Source: Chlorokybus atmophyticus (Eukaryota; Plantae; Mesostigma and Chlorokybus algae). From it: a DNA stretch of 64,000 bases. The stretch lies in the NCBI GenBank assembly GCA_009103225.1, contig RHPI01003256.1, forward strand, positions 8,914 to 72,913. Direction: 5' to 3'. Below, in pieces: positions 10,501-23,189 of the stretch. The translations under genes and the position numbers were made by a program. Each line of letters starts with the position of its first letter. Position 1 is the first letter of the stretch. The notes below the pieces were generated by a model. It was given only the letters and a program-made list of their open reading frames with translations, was not told the DNA's origin and did not search any database.

Positions 10501-13500
10501 CTTTGCTGCTCTCCAGTGCTCCATGCTCGGCGTCAGACATGTCAGACATGTGGCGAGCAAGTACTCCCACAGCATGTGCAACATCGGGACGTGTGCACAC
10601 TGCCAGATAGAGCATGCTGCCTACCAGCTCATCATATGGATACTGAGCCTTGTCGAGTACCTCCTCATCCATCGCCTTGATGAGGGCAGTGCCAAGTGCC
10701 AACGGTGTGGTCTTGGTCTTCGCTTTAGTGAGCCCAAACTTGGTGACGAGTCTTCTCACCATCTGCTCCTGACTGATCTTGATTGTGCGTGCAGCCCTGT
10801 CGCGCTCAATCACCATGCCAAGGAACCACTTGGCCTCTCCAAGATCACGAACTGAGAATGCTTGCTGTAGAGCAAGTTTCGTCTCCTGCAGGTGGTGCAC
10901 CTGCCTGGCGGTGATGATGATGTCATCAACATACACGAGCAGCCAGACCTTGTTGTCTGCATGGATGAAGAGCCCAGGGTCTGCAGAGGATGCGGTGAAG
11001 CCAAGTGCCTCCAGCTCCTTGGTGAGCTTGATGTGCCACATATGCGGTGCCTGTCGCAGCCCGTACAGTGCTTTGATCAGCTTGCACGCTGTGCCTCTCT
11101 CCCCTTCTTCATATCCAGGTGGTTGCTCAATGAAGATCTCCTCCTCCAGCTCTCCGTAGAGGAATGCAGTCTTCACATCCAGGTGATGCAGCTCTGGGTC
11201 TTCAACAGCAACCATAGCTAGCAGTGCACGGAAGGTGGTATGCTTACTTGCAGGTGCAAACACTTCGTTGAAGTCCACACCTTCCTGCTGCAAGAAGCCC
11301 TTTGCCACCAGTCTTGCCTTGTAGCGCTCAATGTTGCCCTGACCATCACGCTTCACTTTGAAGACCCATTTCACTAGAATGGTCTTCACTCCTTGCGGTA
11401 ACTGCTCCAGTGACCAAGTGTTGTTGGCATGGGAGTGACGTAATCTCCTCGTCCATAGCACGCTGCCATTGCTCCGCATCTGGTGCTAACAATGCCTCCT
11501 CGGTGCTTGGCTCCTCATTAATCACACTGGCGACGTGTGCCTTGTGTAAGAAGTCAGGTGCCTTTCTCTCCCTCACTGGGTATCTCCGAGCTGCGTGCTC
11601 CTGTTGTTGGTACGGCTCCTCTTGGCCTGCTACAGCTGAGTCCTGCTCACCCTTGTTGTTGAAAACTGCCTCGTCCTCAGCCTCCACTGTCTTAGGATGC
11701 TCATGTGGCTGTACTTCATCGTCATCTCCCGGAAAGAAGCCTGCTTCTGGTTGTGATAATCCCTCATGAAAAACCACCTCTCTGCTCACGATGATCTTCT
11801 GAGTGTCCTCGAGCAAGATCTTGTAAGCCTTGGAACCCGGTTTATAGCCAACGAAGATGCCCTTCTTGCTGACCGGCTCCAGCTTGTGCATGAGCTGTTT
11901 AGGCACCAGTGCGTATGCCGTGCATCCAAACACACGCATACCACTCACATCTGGTGTGGCTCCATAGAAGTGCTCCCACGGAGTCTTCTGCTCTGAGCTC
12001 ACCGGAGACCTGTTGCGGATGTAGTTGGCAGTGAGTACCGCCTCCTTCCACAAACTGTCTTCCATCTTTGTGTCGTTGAGCATGGCTCGAACACGCTCCA
12101 AGAGTGTCCTGTTGAGGCATTCAACTGCTCCATTCTGCTGCGGGGTGTAGGGTGCCGTTGTCTCGTGGCGTATGCCCTTGCTGGCGAAGAACTCCTTCAA
12201 CTCCTTGTTGATGTACTCCCCTCCTCGATCACTCCTCATTGCCTTCATCTTGTTGCCAGACTGCGTCTTCAACAAGGCCACAACTGTGCGCACAGCTCCA
12301 GCAACTTCTGACTTGAGCGTCAATGGAAAGATGATGGACAGCTTGCTGTAGTCGTCGAGGGATGTAGCAAAGTACCTAGCCCCTCCCTTCGCCACAATGC
12401 GCATAGGGCCACAGACATCCATGTGCACAAGCTCGCAAGGATGCTGACTGCTAGAAGAGGATGATGGGAATGGCATAGCATGCTGCTTTGCAACCAGACA
12501 TGGTTCACAAAGTGCACCTGATGCTGTCTTGAGTTCTTCTGTGCTGAGATGGATGCCCTTGACCATCTTCTCAGCGACAAGGCGAGTGAGGTTGACGTAG
12601 CTGAGATGCCCGAACCTCCGATGCCACAATGTTGGCGACTCCTTGTCCTTCACCACCATGGCTTGAATGTCAATTTCCTTAGAGTGCTGCTACACGTGGT
12701 AGAGCCCTCCCGGATCAGCGATTCCAACCATGTGCACGACCCCATCGAGGATGACTGAGCAGCCACCCTTCCACAATAGGATCTCCGCGCCTAAGCGCTC
12801 CGCAACCCTCACAGAGAATAGACTCGCAATAGCCTTAGGAACATGCAGGACGTTGCGTAACAACACTTTGCGTAGTGTGTTACCAACGTTGCACTGGACT
12901 CGTACGTTGCCAACTCCCTCAGCCACCAGTACTTCACCACCGAAGCCCGCCATTTTGATTATGGACGTCAGCTTCTTGTAGCCCTCCATCACCTCCTTGT
13001 TTGGTGTGAGATGACGATCGCAGCCAGAGTCCACTACCCAGAAAGCTGTGCCCGCCCTCAAACTGGATGCAGTGAAGGCGACATGTTTCTCCTTGTGTTG
13101 GTGCTCGTTGCCGCTGTTGCTGGTGCTTGCTCTAGGTTGCCCTTGTTGTTTCTTCCTACAGTCCTTCACAATGTGCCCCTTCCAACCACACCAGTGGCAT
13201 GTGAGGTCTTTGACGAGGATTGCCCGGCTTGTTGCCCTTGTTCCTCTTTTCATGGTTGCTCTTCTTCCCGTGCTTATTGGTGTAGAAGGTCACGGCATCA
13301 GCTTGCTCGTCCTTCTTCATCAACCTCTGCTCCACGGTGAGCTGCTTCGGTAGTACATCGTCCAGCGTCAGCTCCGATGACGATGTCTCCAGCAGTGTCG
13401 CAACGACCTTGTACTCTGCTGGTAGCCCTGCAACAATGGCCAGCACTACCTCCGTCTCCCCCATATTCTGGTCGACGTTGATGAGGTCTGCCCATAGCTC

Positions 13501-14852
13501 TCTCGCGCGCGCAACATACTTTGTGATGGGTTCTGCTGCCTCCTTCCTGAGTGCGCTCAGCTGCTTGCGTAGCTGCAACTTTCTGGCATTATTCTTGGCT
13601 CTGAAAACGGCTGATAGCTTTTCCCAAGCTTGTCTACCATCTTCACATGCAGTGAGCATGGGAAAGTGATGCGGTTTGCTGTTCAACACAAGCAAAGAGT
13701 GTGCTTCTGCTGAATGCTCTGACCACACAGTGTTCGCTCCTGGTGTTGGTGGTGGTGCCTTCGGATCAACGTACTTCCACACCTTCTTGTGGATGAGCAA
13801 GGCCTTCATCTCCACGCACCATGTGTTGTAGTTGTCGGTGTCCAGCTTTGCAATCTGCCCCTTGTCGTAGGTCGCCTCCATTTCTGTCGAGCCTGCCTTT
13901 CTTGCAGTTGACACCCAAGGCTCTGCTACCAACAAGCTACCGTAGTGTAGAACTACTATGCACACAAGCTAGTCTCACACTCCTCAAGCGTAGTGTGGGC
14001 CCATAACCTGTTGAAGGACTAGCATGCACATGTAGTTGAGGCAAGCATAGATGCACAGAGACAGAGCTACCGCCACCAGAGCATACACAAGTCACATCAC
14101 ATTCATCTATTACAAGTTGTCCGCTGGTTCTTATACCAGCCAGTTACACACACGTCTACGTTTGCAAGCACTGCGTAAGCTATACTCAGCCTTTTGACGC
14201 GCTCTAAGCTGCGTTGTCTTTCTCACAACCAGAGCTTTCCAACAAGCTCTTACACGCCTAATATGAGTAAGTATACGCGGAGATACGAAGCAGTTAGTAA
14301 GGCTCCAGTCTGGAGTCCGGAGTCTGGTCCGACGATGCCATCTTGCTAAGTCCGGACCTAGTGCTCGTCCTTACGACCTTCTACTCCTGTGTGGAGGGTC
14401 GATGCTGATCGTATGTAGGAATACTCTCAACATTCTCGTGCCTCCAACTTCCTCTTGAACTCCCTCCACGTGCCCAAAGCTTCATCCTCCAAGAACTCGG
14501 GCATCATCTTGAATGCTTTGTGCTCATTCAATGACCTATCACGTGCCGACCAGCTGATCATGCGACACTCGAACTTATCCTTGAAGTCTTGTAGCTCCAA
14601 TGTGCCGGGCCGACCGCTGAAACGCGTGCGCGCTCCCTCCATCTCCGTCTTCAACAAAGTGTCCATCAGATCTGGCTCCTCCTCTTCAACGTCCTCAACG
14701 TCCTCGTGGTCTTCCCTGTCACCGGCTGGCTCGTCCTCGTCGTCTCGTTCGCTCGGGGAAGTAGGCACCTCCTTCTCGGGCAACTCTTCTCTCTCCTCAA
14801 AGGTGACTTCAAGCTCCTTTAGACCAGCTCCTGACCTTGTTTCCACGGGCAT
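7504..14852 (-). mobile_element. gag-protease retroelement (Ty3/Gypsy-like), split by the Copia insertion; parts at 7504-9506 and 14433-14852
   Basis: Removing 9507-14432 and one TSD joins ...WREFKRKLEARE to EVCTADHGAEFEKEW... in frame. Two CCHC knuckles (CWRCGEAGHIAKYC, CSYCGKMGHDDNTC). Retropepsin-like VLVDTCAQPVILG. No RT visible. Confidence 0.8.
9507..14432 (-). mobile_element. Full-length Ty1/Copia LTR retrotransposon, family A copy 2
   Basis: LTRs 14009-14432 and 9507-9930 (424 bp each, TGTTGA...TCAACA). TSD TTCTC at 9502-9506 and 14433-14437. PBS GGTTATGGGCCC at 13997-14008. gag ATG 13881 with knuckle CHWCGWKGHIVKDC, protease WVVDSGC, then IN, RT and RNase H. Several frameshifts. Confidence 0.98.
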
Positions 14853-15369
14853 TTCACGTCCTCCACGACCACAAACACCCGCACACCTTTATGCCAATAA
14901 GTTGAGCGCAACTAACAAGCACGTGTCTTAGCCAACCCAGACTCAAGCACGGGCTTCTACACTTGCAATTGGCATGTGATGCACGGGGAGATGAGGCTAA
15001 GTCCGTTCACAAGATGTGGCACACGCTCATACACTTCACACAAGCATATCCAAGCACGTGCACACTCAAGGCGAGCACACAACTAAGGCAACGACTAACC
15101 AAGTCTTGAAGCCTCTCCAAAAAGCTGTATGCTCCCAATAGAACAAGGGACTTGCGCTCAACTAGCTGCAACACAAGTCAAGGACGCTTACATACCCTCC
15201 TACCACGCCTCTACAACCGTTTTAACCACTTTGGCTGCCATAACCACCTTCCAACTCCCAAATCAGTCACAACCAGCGATTTTCAGTCACATGTGAGTCC
15301 TACCAGCGTAATTGAGTTACACCTCGATTTGCTGACCGTAACTCAGCTCTAACTCATGAAATATGACCC

Positions 15370-17711
15370 TAAAAGCCTTCATAACCGATGCGTTGCGTCA
15401 CCGATACGCACGCGCATGACACTGAACTTTGCAGCTGAACCCCACAGACCTCCTGCTTGTCCGCTGTACCTCTCAGACTCTCCGCTAACAGCTCCAACAA
15501 CCTGACACACAGCGGAGAATACTCTCTCACAGTAGCTAGCCATCGCGTCCCCCAATGCCAACAGAATGCTGCTCCCCATCTTCTTTGAGGCACTCGAGTT
15601 CAGCAAGGTGCAAATCATGGCCAAGGCTGGTGCCTTATGCAACATGCTTGCTTTGTTGTGGAATTCACCTCACTTTAGATGTTGTGGAGCCTTCCTGCTT
15701 TCTCCGACGTATTGGGTGACAGCAAGCTAATGCATTAGCTTAGCTGCATATGGTTGCATGCCACCGAAAGCACTTACCTAGCTTTACCAATTGTATAACT
15801 TTGTATGTTGCTGTTCTCACAGTTGTCTGCCCCGCAGATCACTGCCTTCACAGCCATGCCAGAGCTGTGCAGTGTTGAAGACAAAAAGGACATGGCCCTT
15901 CTTACTAGCTTATCATCTGTGTGGCTCACCCTCACTTCATGGTGCCACTCCTCATCCATGTTGTACTTGAGCGCCAGTTGGCTGACAAGCATCAGGCATC
16001 TGTTGAATATGGCCACGGTAGGTTGATGAGTTGGAAGTTTGAATTTCTGGCTGCGTTGCACTAGTAACGAGTAACGAGTCACGCTGTCGCATGCATGCAT
16101 CCACATACGCGCTTGTTTTGTGTGCTGACTTCGGTTGTGCTGCTTCCAGGACCAGCTGGCTACTACGAAGAGACTGTAAACACTGCACGCCTTGCTGCTA
16201 ATGTTGAAGACATGCCCGCGTGCGCACAGGAGCATGCTGCCAGTTGATGTTCAAGCGTCAGGCAGCTGTCATTGTTAAGCATGGCCAGGTAGGTGCTGAG
16301 TTGGAAATCTGTTTGTTCTGGCGTTGCGTTTGCACTAGTAGTAACGAGTCACGCTGTCACATGCACGCACCCACCCACGCGTGCTTGTTGTGTTTGCTGA
16401 CTTTGGTTGTGCTGCTTCCAGGAAAAGCTAGCTATTAAGACGATTGTGAACGCTGCACGCCGTGCTGCTGATGTAAAAGACATGCGCGCATGCACATAGG
16501 AGCACGCAGGCACACCCATACCCACAGGCATGCACGCTCGCAATGTACATGTATGTGTACGCACGCACCCACACATGCAACCACACGCACCCTGACCCAA
16601 CACACATGGTTGTCTGCTGTCTATTGCTCTCAAGAACCTATGACAGCTGGCAAGGTGTGATGCCCATCAGCTGTTCTTTTGGTCAGGTCGCTGCGCACTT
16701 TGCTCTGATGTTGCTTTGGTGTGAAGACAGCTGCAAACACATAGGCTTAAGCACAGCTGCAGGTATGCACGCTCTCAACACGCACGCGCATGCGCGTGCA
16801 CATGTACCCACCTTGTGTGTCGCTACCTATTGTTGTATTTACCTCTTGCTGTTTTTGCCTCTGTCTGCTTACATGTATGTGTGTGTCTTGCTGCGTGTTA
16901 TGTTACCTTTGCAAGCGTGCTTGCATGCGTGTGTCTTGCTGACTCTATCTCTGCTTGCGTGTGCGTACACGCGCGCACGTGTGTTGCTGCTTGCTACACA
17001 CTGTGGTTTTTCTGTCTCAGCAAGAATCAAGTTCAAAAAGCTGGTCGAGATGTAGGCTTGCACCCAAGCTCGCACCCCTTCCGACTGCCGCCTGTCGCAC
17101 CCTCTGCCTAGCTGCTCTCTCCGCCCACCTCTCCAACCAGCAGTCTGCACTGCAAGCCCGCCCTTTGCAGCCAACTCCAATGTCTTGCTGATACTATGTG
17201 ACATGTGCAATTCTTGTTAGACATTCTGCGTGTATTGCATTCTTTGGTTGTGTAGTTGAGGCCTTAGGATCTTGCGCATTGCATGTTGTAACCAATATCC
17301 ACCAGTCGCTTGTAATGGGTTTGCAACTGAAAGTATGCGCTACATAATGTGGTGATGAGTTTCATATGAATGAGGGACATGCTCAGCACTTAATTAAGCT
17401 GAATAACTTGAATTTTCAGTCATGTATCGCATGAAAATCTACTTGTTGCTTACACCGATAGTTACAACAAGTTGATGTAATGAATATTCAACAATGCAGC
17501 ACGTGAATAATCAACGCTAATTGCTGCTAGCCACATTCACGCACAGAATGTGTGAATATTCGTTGCCCCCTTTTGTGGCATTTGCCCCAAATATTCAACT
17601 CACTGCAACAAGGCTCACTCTAGCCAACTTCATGCTGTATTCACGCACAAAACACACGAATATTCGGAGCAAATGCCTTGAATATTCAAAAATTCGGGGG
17701 GTCCAGCATTA
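15370..17711 (-). mobile_element. Degenerate hAT-like DNA transposon
   Basis: ASYCERVFSAV (hAT C-terminal dimerisation motif) near 15520-15550. HTDDKLV...KAVICGADNCEN (HTG / VTDN-like) at 15800-15940. Putative terminus TAATGCTGGACCCCCCG at 17711 with GAATATTC subterminal palindromes. Partner TIR not found. Confidence 0.55.
15973..16506. repeat. Diverged tandem duplication, 2 x about 266 bp
   Basis: Shared blocks GCCAGTTG, GAGTTGGAA, GTAACGAGTCACGCTGTC and GGTTGTGCTGCTTCCAGG recur at offset about 266. Confidence 0.85.
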
Positions 17712-18049
17712 CCGGTGATTGACAATGCCCGTTGTTCGTGTATAAGCACGCTGTCTAGTGCTTGGACCAAAATGTGCCTTGCCGATATGTGCGAATAGGT
17801 TGCGCTGATGATTGCATACTAGTGGTGTTATTCGCATGTGCTATATATACATAATGTGCACACGTTAAGACGCACATCCAAATCCTCAGCACAATGCATC
17901 AAGGGCATGCAGGGTTAGCAGATGATTACGATTCATGCATAACAAGCGCATATAGATGGACTACATAATATGCAACTGACATATTGACAATGTCCACTTG
18001 AAGTGGTCGTTATCAAGCACAAACATCGGATTCGCACTTACACACCAAG

Positions 18050-20330
18050 GTAAGTGCATGACTAGTGCAACAAGCAAAGCGCATACATCTGCATGTCTAC
18101 AGAAACACTCTGAGAAAGCCACCGCCAGGCGCGGGCAATTGCAGCATTGCCGCGACCGCTGGCAGGTCCCGATCCACAATATGAGCTAAACGGGCCAAAA
18201 CTGACGGCATCGCTTGCATGCACGCCTGTACAAACTCATCACGCTCGATATCCACCACACGATAAAACACTCGAGCATACTGCGCAAAAGTACTTGACGT
18301 GACCAATAAGGTTTCGAATTGGCCGGCCCCCACCTGCGCGACATACGCCATAACATCCGACACGAACGTGTTGACGGTCATGGCGGAAGCGGGACTCGAC
18401 ACCCATGGCGGGAGTGGCAGGCTCGAGGCGTTTGCGACCTGTACGAATCTGCGCACAGCCTGATAATCCCAGCAAAACAACAATGCTGGGAACTCCTCGT
18501 CCACCACACATGCCTGCAGGTAGCGCTCCAGCTGACACGACACAATCAACACTTTGGCTTACCAACGGTATATCAGCGACATTACACCCATTTATATACA
18601 TCTCAGTTGCACAAAAGTACCTGGGGCACGAGGTGCAGGTCCTCAACTGGCACGACGGCCGCAACCAGAGCAACACTCTCAACGACCATAACTGGACGGC
18701 CGTCACTGACGCCTGGCTAAACAATGGTAACGGTGTCACTTGTCGCCTGAGTTGATGATGCATTGTTGTCCATTGTACTTACCGTGTGCCGCCACTACGT
18801 CCACCACAATCTGAAGGAAGCGCACAGAGATGTTTGCATGCGCACGATCACTACTGTGGTTGCCTATGCTCTCGGACAGTTCTATTTGAAACTGCGCAGG
18901 TGCATGTGCAACCCACCTTCTCAACTTGCGCCCACTCTGTGACGTCCAACACAGCGCCTGTTGCTGCTCGACTTGCACGACAAGCACTTTCTCAGCACGT
19001 AACAGATACATGTACTTTGCACAAGCACAACTCTTGTGTTTTGCATGCAGTCATTTGTCTGCAGCTCACCTGGGCCAGTGTCAGAAGCGTTGATCTTGTC
19101 TTTGAGGGCTTCCAGGCGGTCTTTCCGGTGGGTAGCAATCCACACGTGGCCGCCCTATGCGGTGCTTTGCAATGACGGCGTCAATGCCGCTGGGCGCCAG
19201 CCACCAGAAACGCCTTGCCCTCAAAACCTGTCAGGTACATTGCATGACCAGTCAGTTCAGCCATGGCCATGAACTCGGTTGATGGCCATTGCACACTGTA
19301 GGCATTGTAACAGCTCAGATATACTCACACAGTGTGTTGGTACGTCATCCTTTTGTTACAGATGCACACCAGTGACAACAAAGTATGTAACGGAGGAATG
19401 CACCTGTGACGTGGGTGATATCCAAGCACGAAAAGGCTGTGAAGTACTGTGCAGTATGGCTGTTGCCGGTCTTTGCGCAATCATGCAAGCACGCATGATC
19501 ACGCATGGACGCTTGCAACGGGGGCAAGCTGACACGTACACAAGCAGGCACGTAAAGAAGCGGGGGAGGGAAGGAGCCAAGAAAGCAAAGCTAGCAGACC
19601 AAACAAGCAAGAGAAGCTTGTTGGCAGCCGACCCAGCATCTTGCCGTCATTGTTACATGACGAGCCTTAAATGACCAGCTAGGCAAAGCAAGCATGAAAG
19701 CAAATCAGCGAGCAAGCGAGCAGCTGAGAGACCGATTGAACGCAGACAGACCACAATCCATCAAAGCTAGCTTGCTTGCTCGAGTTGTTCGTACCCAATT
19801 TCTCAACAGCGAGCGTGCATGTGAACGCGCGTACGCAGGCAGGCAGGCACAGGCACGGGCACAGACTGACCGACCCTGCCCAGGCTGACCTTGTTTGGCA
19901 GGTGAAGGCAAGCACCGCAACCGGCCGGAGGCAGAAGCAAGCAACGGCACCACCGCTTCTCTGTCCGACTGCGGAGGGGGCACAACAGCCCACCTACTTC
20001 CCCGCCGTCGTCGTCGCCACCGCCGCCGTCGAGGAGGCCGCAGACTTCGTTCATCCCGAGGGCGTGTAAGACCTCCCTTGCTGTGCAGCATTCTCGCCCA
20101 ACAGGGTGGTCCCGAAGCGCATGCTGACGGCGGCGGCGGCGCGGTGAGGGCTTCGTAGCTGCACAGCAATCTCGTCATAGTAGCTTGAACTGACCAAGCA
20201 ATGGTTGCCAAGGTGCTTCTTTGCCCTGTATCCATGTGCAGGCATCGCTCATGCGTGAATGTGCGATGCGTGGGCATGCGCGCGCATGTGGTACATAGTA
20301 AGGTGATAACGCACGCTCGCATCTCATAGG
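18050..20330 (-). pseudogene. Orphan spliced gene, paralog 1 (decayed)
   Basis: Exon-like blocks TAREVLHALG, VPVEDLHLVPQ|GT and AG|LERYLQACVVDEEFPALL...LPPWVSSPA...FVSDVMAYVAQ, with stops and frameshifts. Homologous to 24850-25990. Boundaries approximate. Confidence 0.55.
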
Positions 20331-20859
20331 CAACAGGGTGTGTTGCCAGCAGCAGGAAAAGGGGCCACTGTCAACACGGTTCGGTTCTGTTGGTCGGTGC
20401 TTGTGCTGGCAAGTGCGCAACCGCAAGCACAGTGCACACACTTGTGTGGGTGAGTGTGAGCGTGCGAGTGTGCGATGCACAAAATCCACTTGCACGCAAG
20501 GTATGTGTCTTGAGCCTTCTGTACACCCACCCACCCACCTACCCGCATGCGCTCTCCTCAGAATACCGTGCATATACTGCAGGCCAGAAGACTCCTCAAT
20601 AAGTTGTTGAGGCTTTCCCACCAGCAGCAAGCCCCCCGCCAGACCAGTTTCCTTCATTGCTGTTCTGCATGGTAGTGATATTGTACCTGTCGTTGCATAG
20701 GGCGATAGACAGACAGACAGACAGACAGAAAGAAAAAGAGTTTTTCACTTGCATTGGTGGTGAGGTTTGTTTGCCGCACAACACACCGACACAAGGTGCC
20801 CTCACACAAGGCCACCCGTGTCTGCATGCAGGAGCAGGGCGGCGGCGGTGCGATAGTCC

Positions 20860-22423
20860 GCAGCGGCAAGGAAGAGGAGGAAGACAATGCACAGCAGGTA
20901 GTGAAGTATGCGTGTTTTTTGTTTTAATCACCGCGTGCGATGCGACGCACAGCCGCGACTCCTCGCTCCTGCCAGTAAGCAAGTATCATTGTCGTTTGCC
21001 TTTGTTGCATCATAACTTCACAGCAGACACGACTCCACACTACACACGCGCGCCTGCAAACATACACGCAGACAGACAAGCACGCATGCATGCGAGCAGG
21101 TCTGTGCGTGCGCGCGCATGCATACTGTACGAGAATCATCTGTGGTACACCGCTGTGTGGTAGCACTTGATGATCGTTACACAGGTGGGTGGAGTGGGCG
21201 CATTGCATCTATCGCTCACGTTGGCTTCATCTTTCGCGGCATCGATCGTGAAGTCATTCAACGGCGGGCTAATCCGCGCATTGCGCGTTGGTTGGCTCTC
21301 TTACGCTCTCTTCACCTTCACCAACGCGGCGTCATCGTTTTCACTTCATCCCACAACAACAACATGGTCTTGTTCGCTGCCGCAGTCGTGTTGGGCAAGG
21401 GGCTCATTCGGCTCAAGCGGCCTCTATGGCAAGTAAGTAGGAGCGTAAAGAGGAGGAGTGGTGGGCCCAAAACCCAGTGCAGGTGTGTTGTGTGCGTGTG
21501 AGCATACGTGCGTGTGTCTGTGCGCGCGCGTGCGAGAGAGTGCCGGGCAAGAGTGTGCCGGCACATGTGCGTGCGCGCGGGGAACCGCGCACGCGTGTGT
21601 ATGGGGGCACGCATGCGTATCTATGTGTGCGTAGGAGTGGTGCCAGCACGCTCGTGTGTGCGTGGAGTTTGCAAGCATGGTGTGTGAGGCCGACTCGATT
21701 GTGTCTCTCTGCAGGTGGGAGCGGCAAGGGTGCCGTTGGGTGCATTTATGGTGATTGTTGCATGCGGCGCCATGTGGCTGCTGCCTTGCCCAAAGCAAGC
21801 AAAACAGCACAGACAGTTGAGACACATCCCAACGAGAGGGGTTTGTCCTCTCTTGTCCTCTCGCCTCACTCAACAAGAAGGTATCTGAACTGGCTCGTGT
21901 GGTCATCTGCACCCCTGATGGCGTACACAGGCATGCAGCAGGCGCTCGTATGGGGTGACGTCTCGTCCACACGCGTGCTGCCACAGTATCAATAGCAGGT
22001 GTGCCACTCATGTGCCACTCATGATGGCCCTACCGTTTGCTTCATCTCTTGACGCCACGTGCTGGTATCTCCTCGGTCGCACTGACCGCACCGCACTCAT
22101 GTTGGGTGTGGCCATCCCTCTTCAGGCCGCCGCAGCCGTGTGGTTGGGTTGTCTCATCACAGCAACAAGTCCACACATCTGGCTGGTGTGCGTGGCTGCG
22201 GTGATTTGGTGTGGACGATGCCGCATGTAACGAACGCCTCGCCACGCTGTTATCGATGAAACGTGACGTGGACCTTGCTTTGGGGATGTGGCGAGCACTT
22301 CAGAGCGGCGCCACAGCTGTGTCGCTCGTTGCAACCGCGCACAGGGTCAGTACACAACCTAAGGGTGTGGAGCTGCTCGTGCACTCGCGAGTTATGCGCC
22401 ACTGGCAGTTGCGGTCTCTGTGA
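20860..22423 (+). pseudogene. UNC-93-like MFS membrane protein, frameshifted
   Basis: PLMAYTGMQQALVWGD and DAACNERLATLL...LGMWRALQSGATAV resemble plant UNC93-like motifs (PLxxYSGLQQAFVW, GDGxxNTQI...WQS). Several frame switches and a TAG at 21993-21995. 5' boundary approximate. Confidence 0.7.
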
Positions 22424-23189
22424 GGGAAGACAAGCAGCATGCACGCGGTGATGCGTGTGACAGAGATCAGCTTGCTCGCCTAAACACGTAAAGCTTGTAA
22501 GTTGTATACTGTATACTACTAGTTCAGTGACTTGGCAGTTACTGCTGCTGCTGCCGTGTATACTTTGATTAGACTTCAGGCACAGCCTGATGCAATATCA
22601 ATGTTGGTGCTTACAACTGTTTCACGGTTGTCAGTGACGACGCATCATGCCTTCGCGATCCCCATGCAACCCTCACTCCTCTCAGATCCACAAGTGTGCA
22701 CATGTGTTTGCTAATAACGCAGTTCATGATGTCCTTTACCAACCAAGATGAGCATCTAGACGTTCCAGCCTGGCACTCCTGCTCGCCATAGCCTAAACTA
22801 ATAATCATCCACCTACATTGAAGCACTCACGCGCGTGCGCACACATAAACGCCCTTCAAAGTACACGGGAACATACCAAGCCTCACAACAGAACCAAAAA
22901 TGAAACAGCCCATCCTTCCGCTTCCTCCCCTCTCAACAGGCGCCGGGTCCTCCATGTCGTTGTTGCTGCCTTTGTTGCAATAGGACCAGCAACAACAGGT
23001 ACAACAATTGCAGGGGTGATCTCAGTGGTGGGCGGTGTGGATCACGGAATGTTGTTGTTCAACGACGCTTGCGCACAGCACTTGAGGGGTGAGAGCAGCA
23101 GCGCACACGCACACACACGCCCGCCCACGCGCGTTTGCTCACCTTCCCCACCGCAACGCAGGCACCGTCTGCGCTGGCTACATGTGGGG

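Noticed and set aside
22560-22700. VVTDN hAT-like motif on the minus strand
   Set aside because: An isolated five-residue match within stop-rich frames, with no other transposase features.
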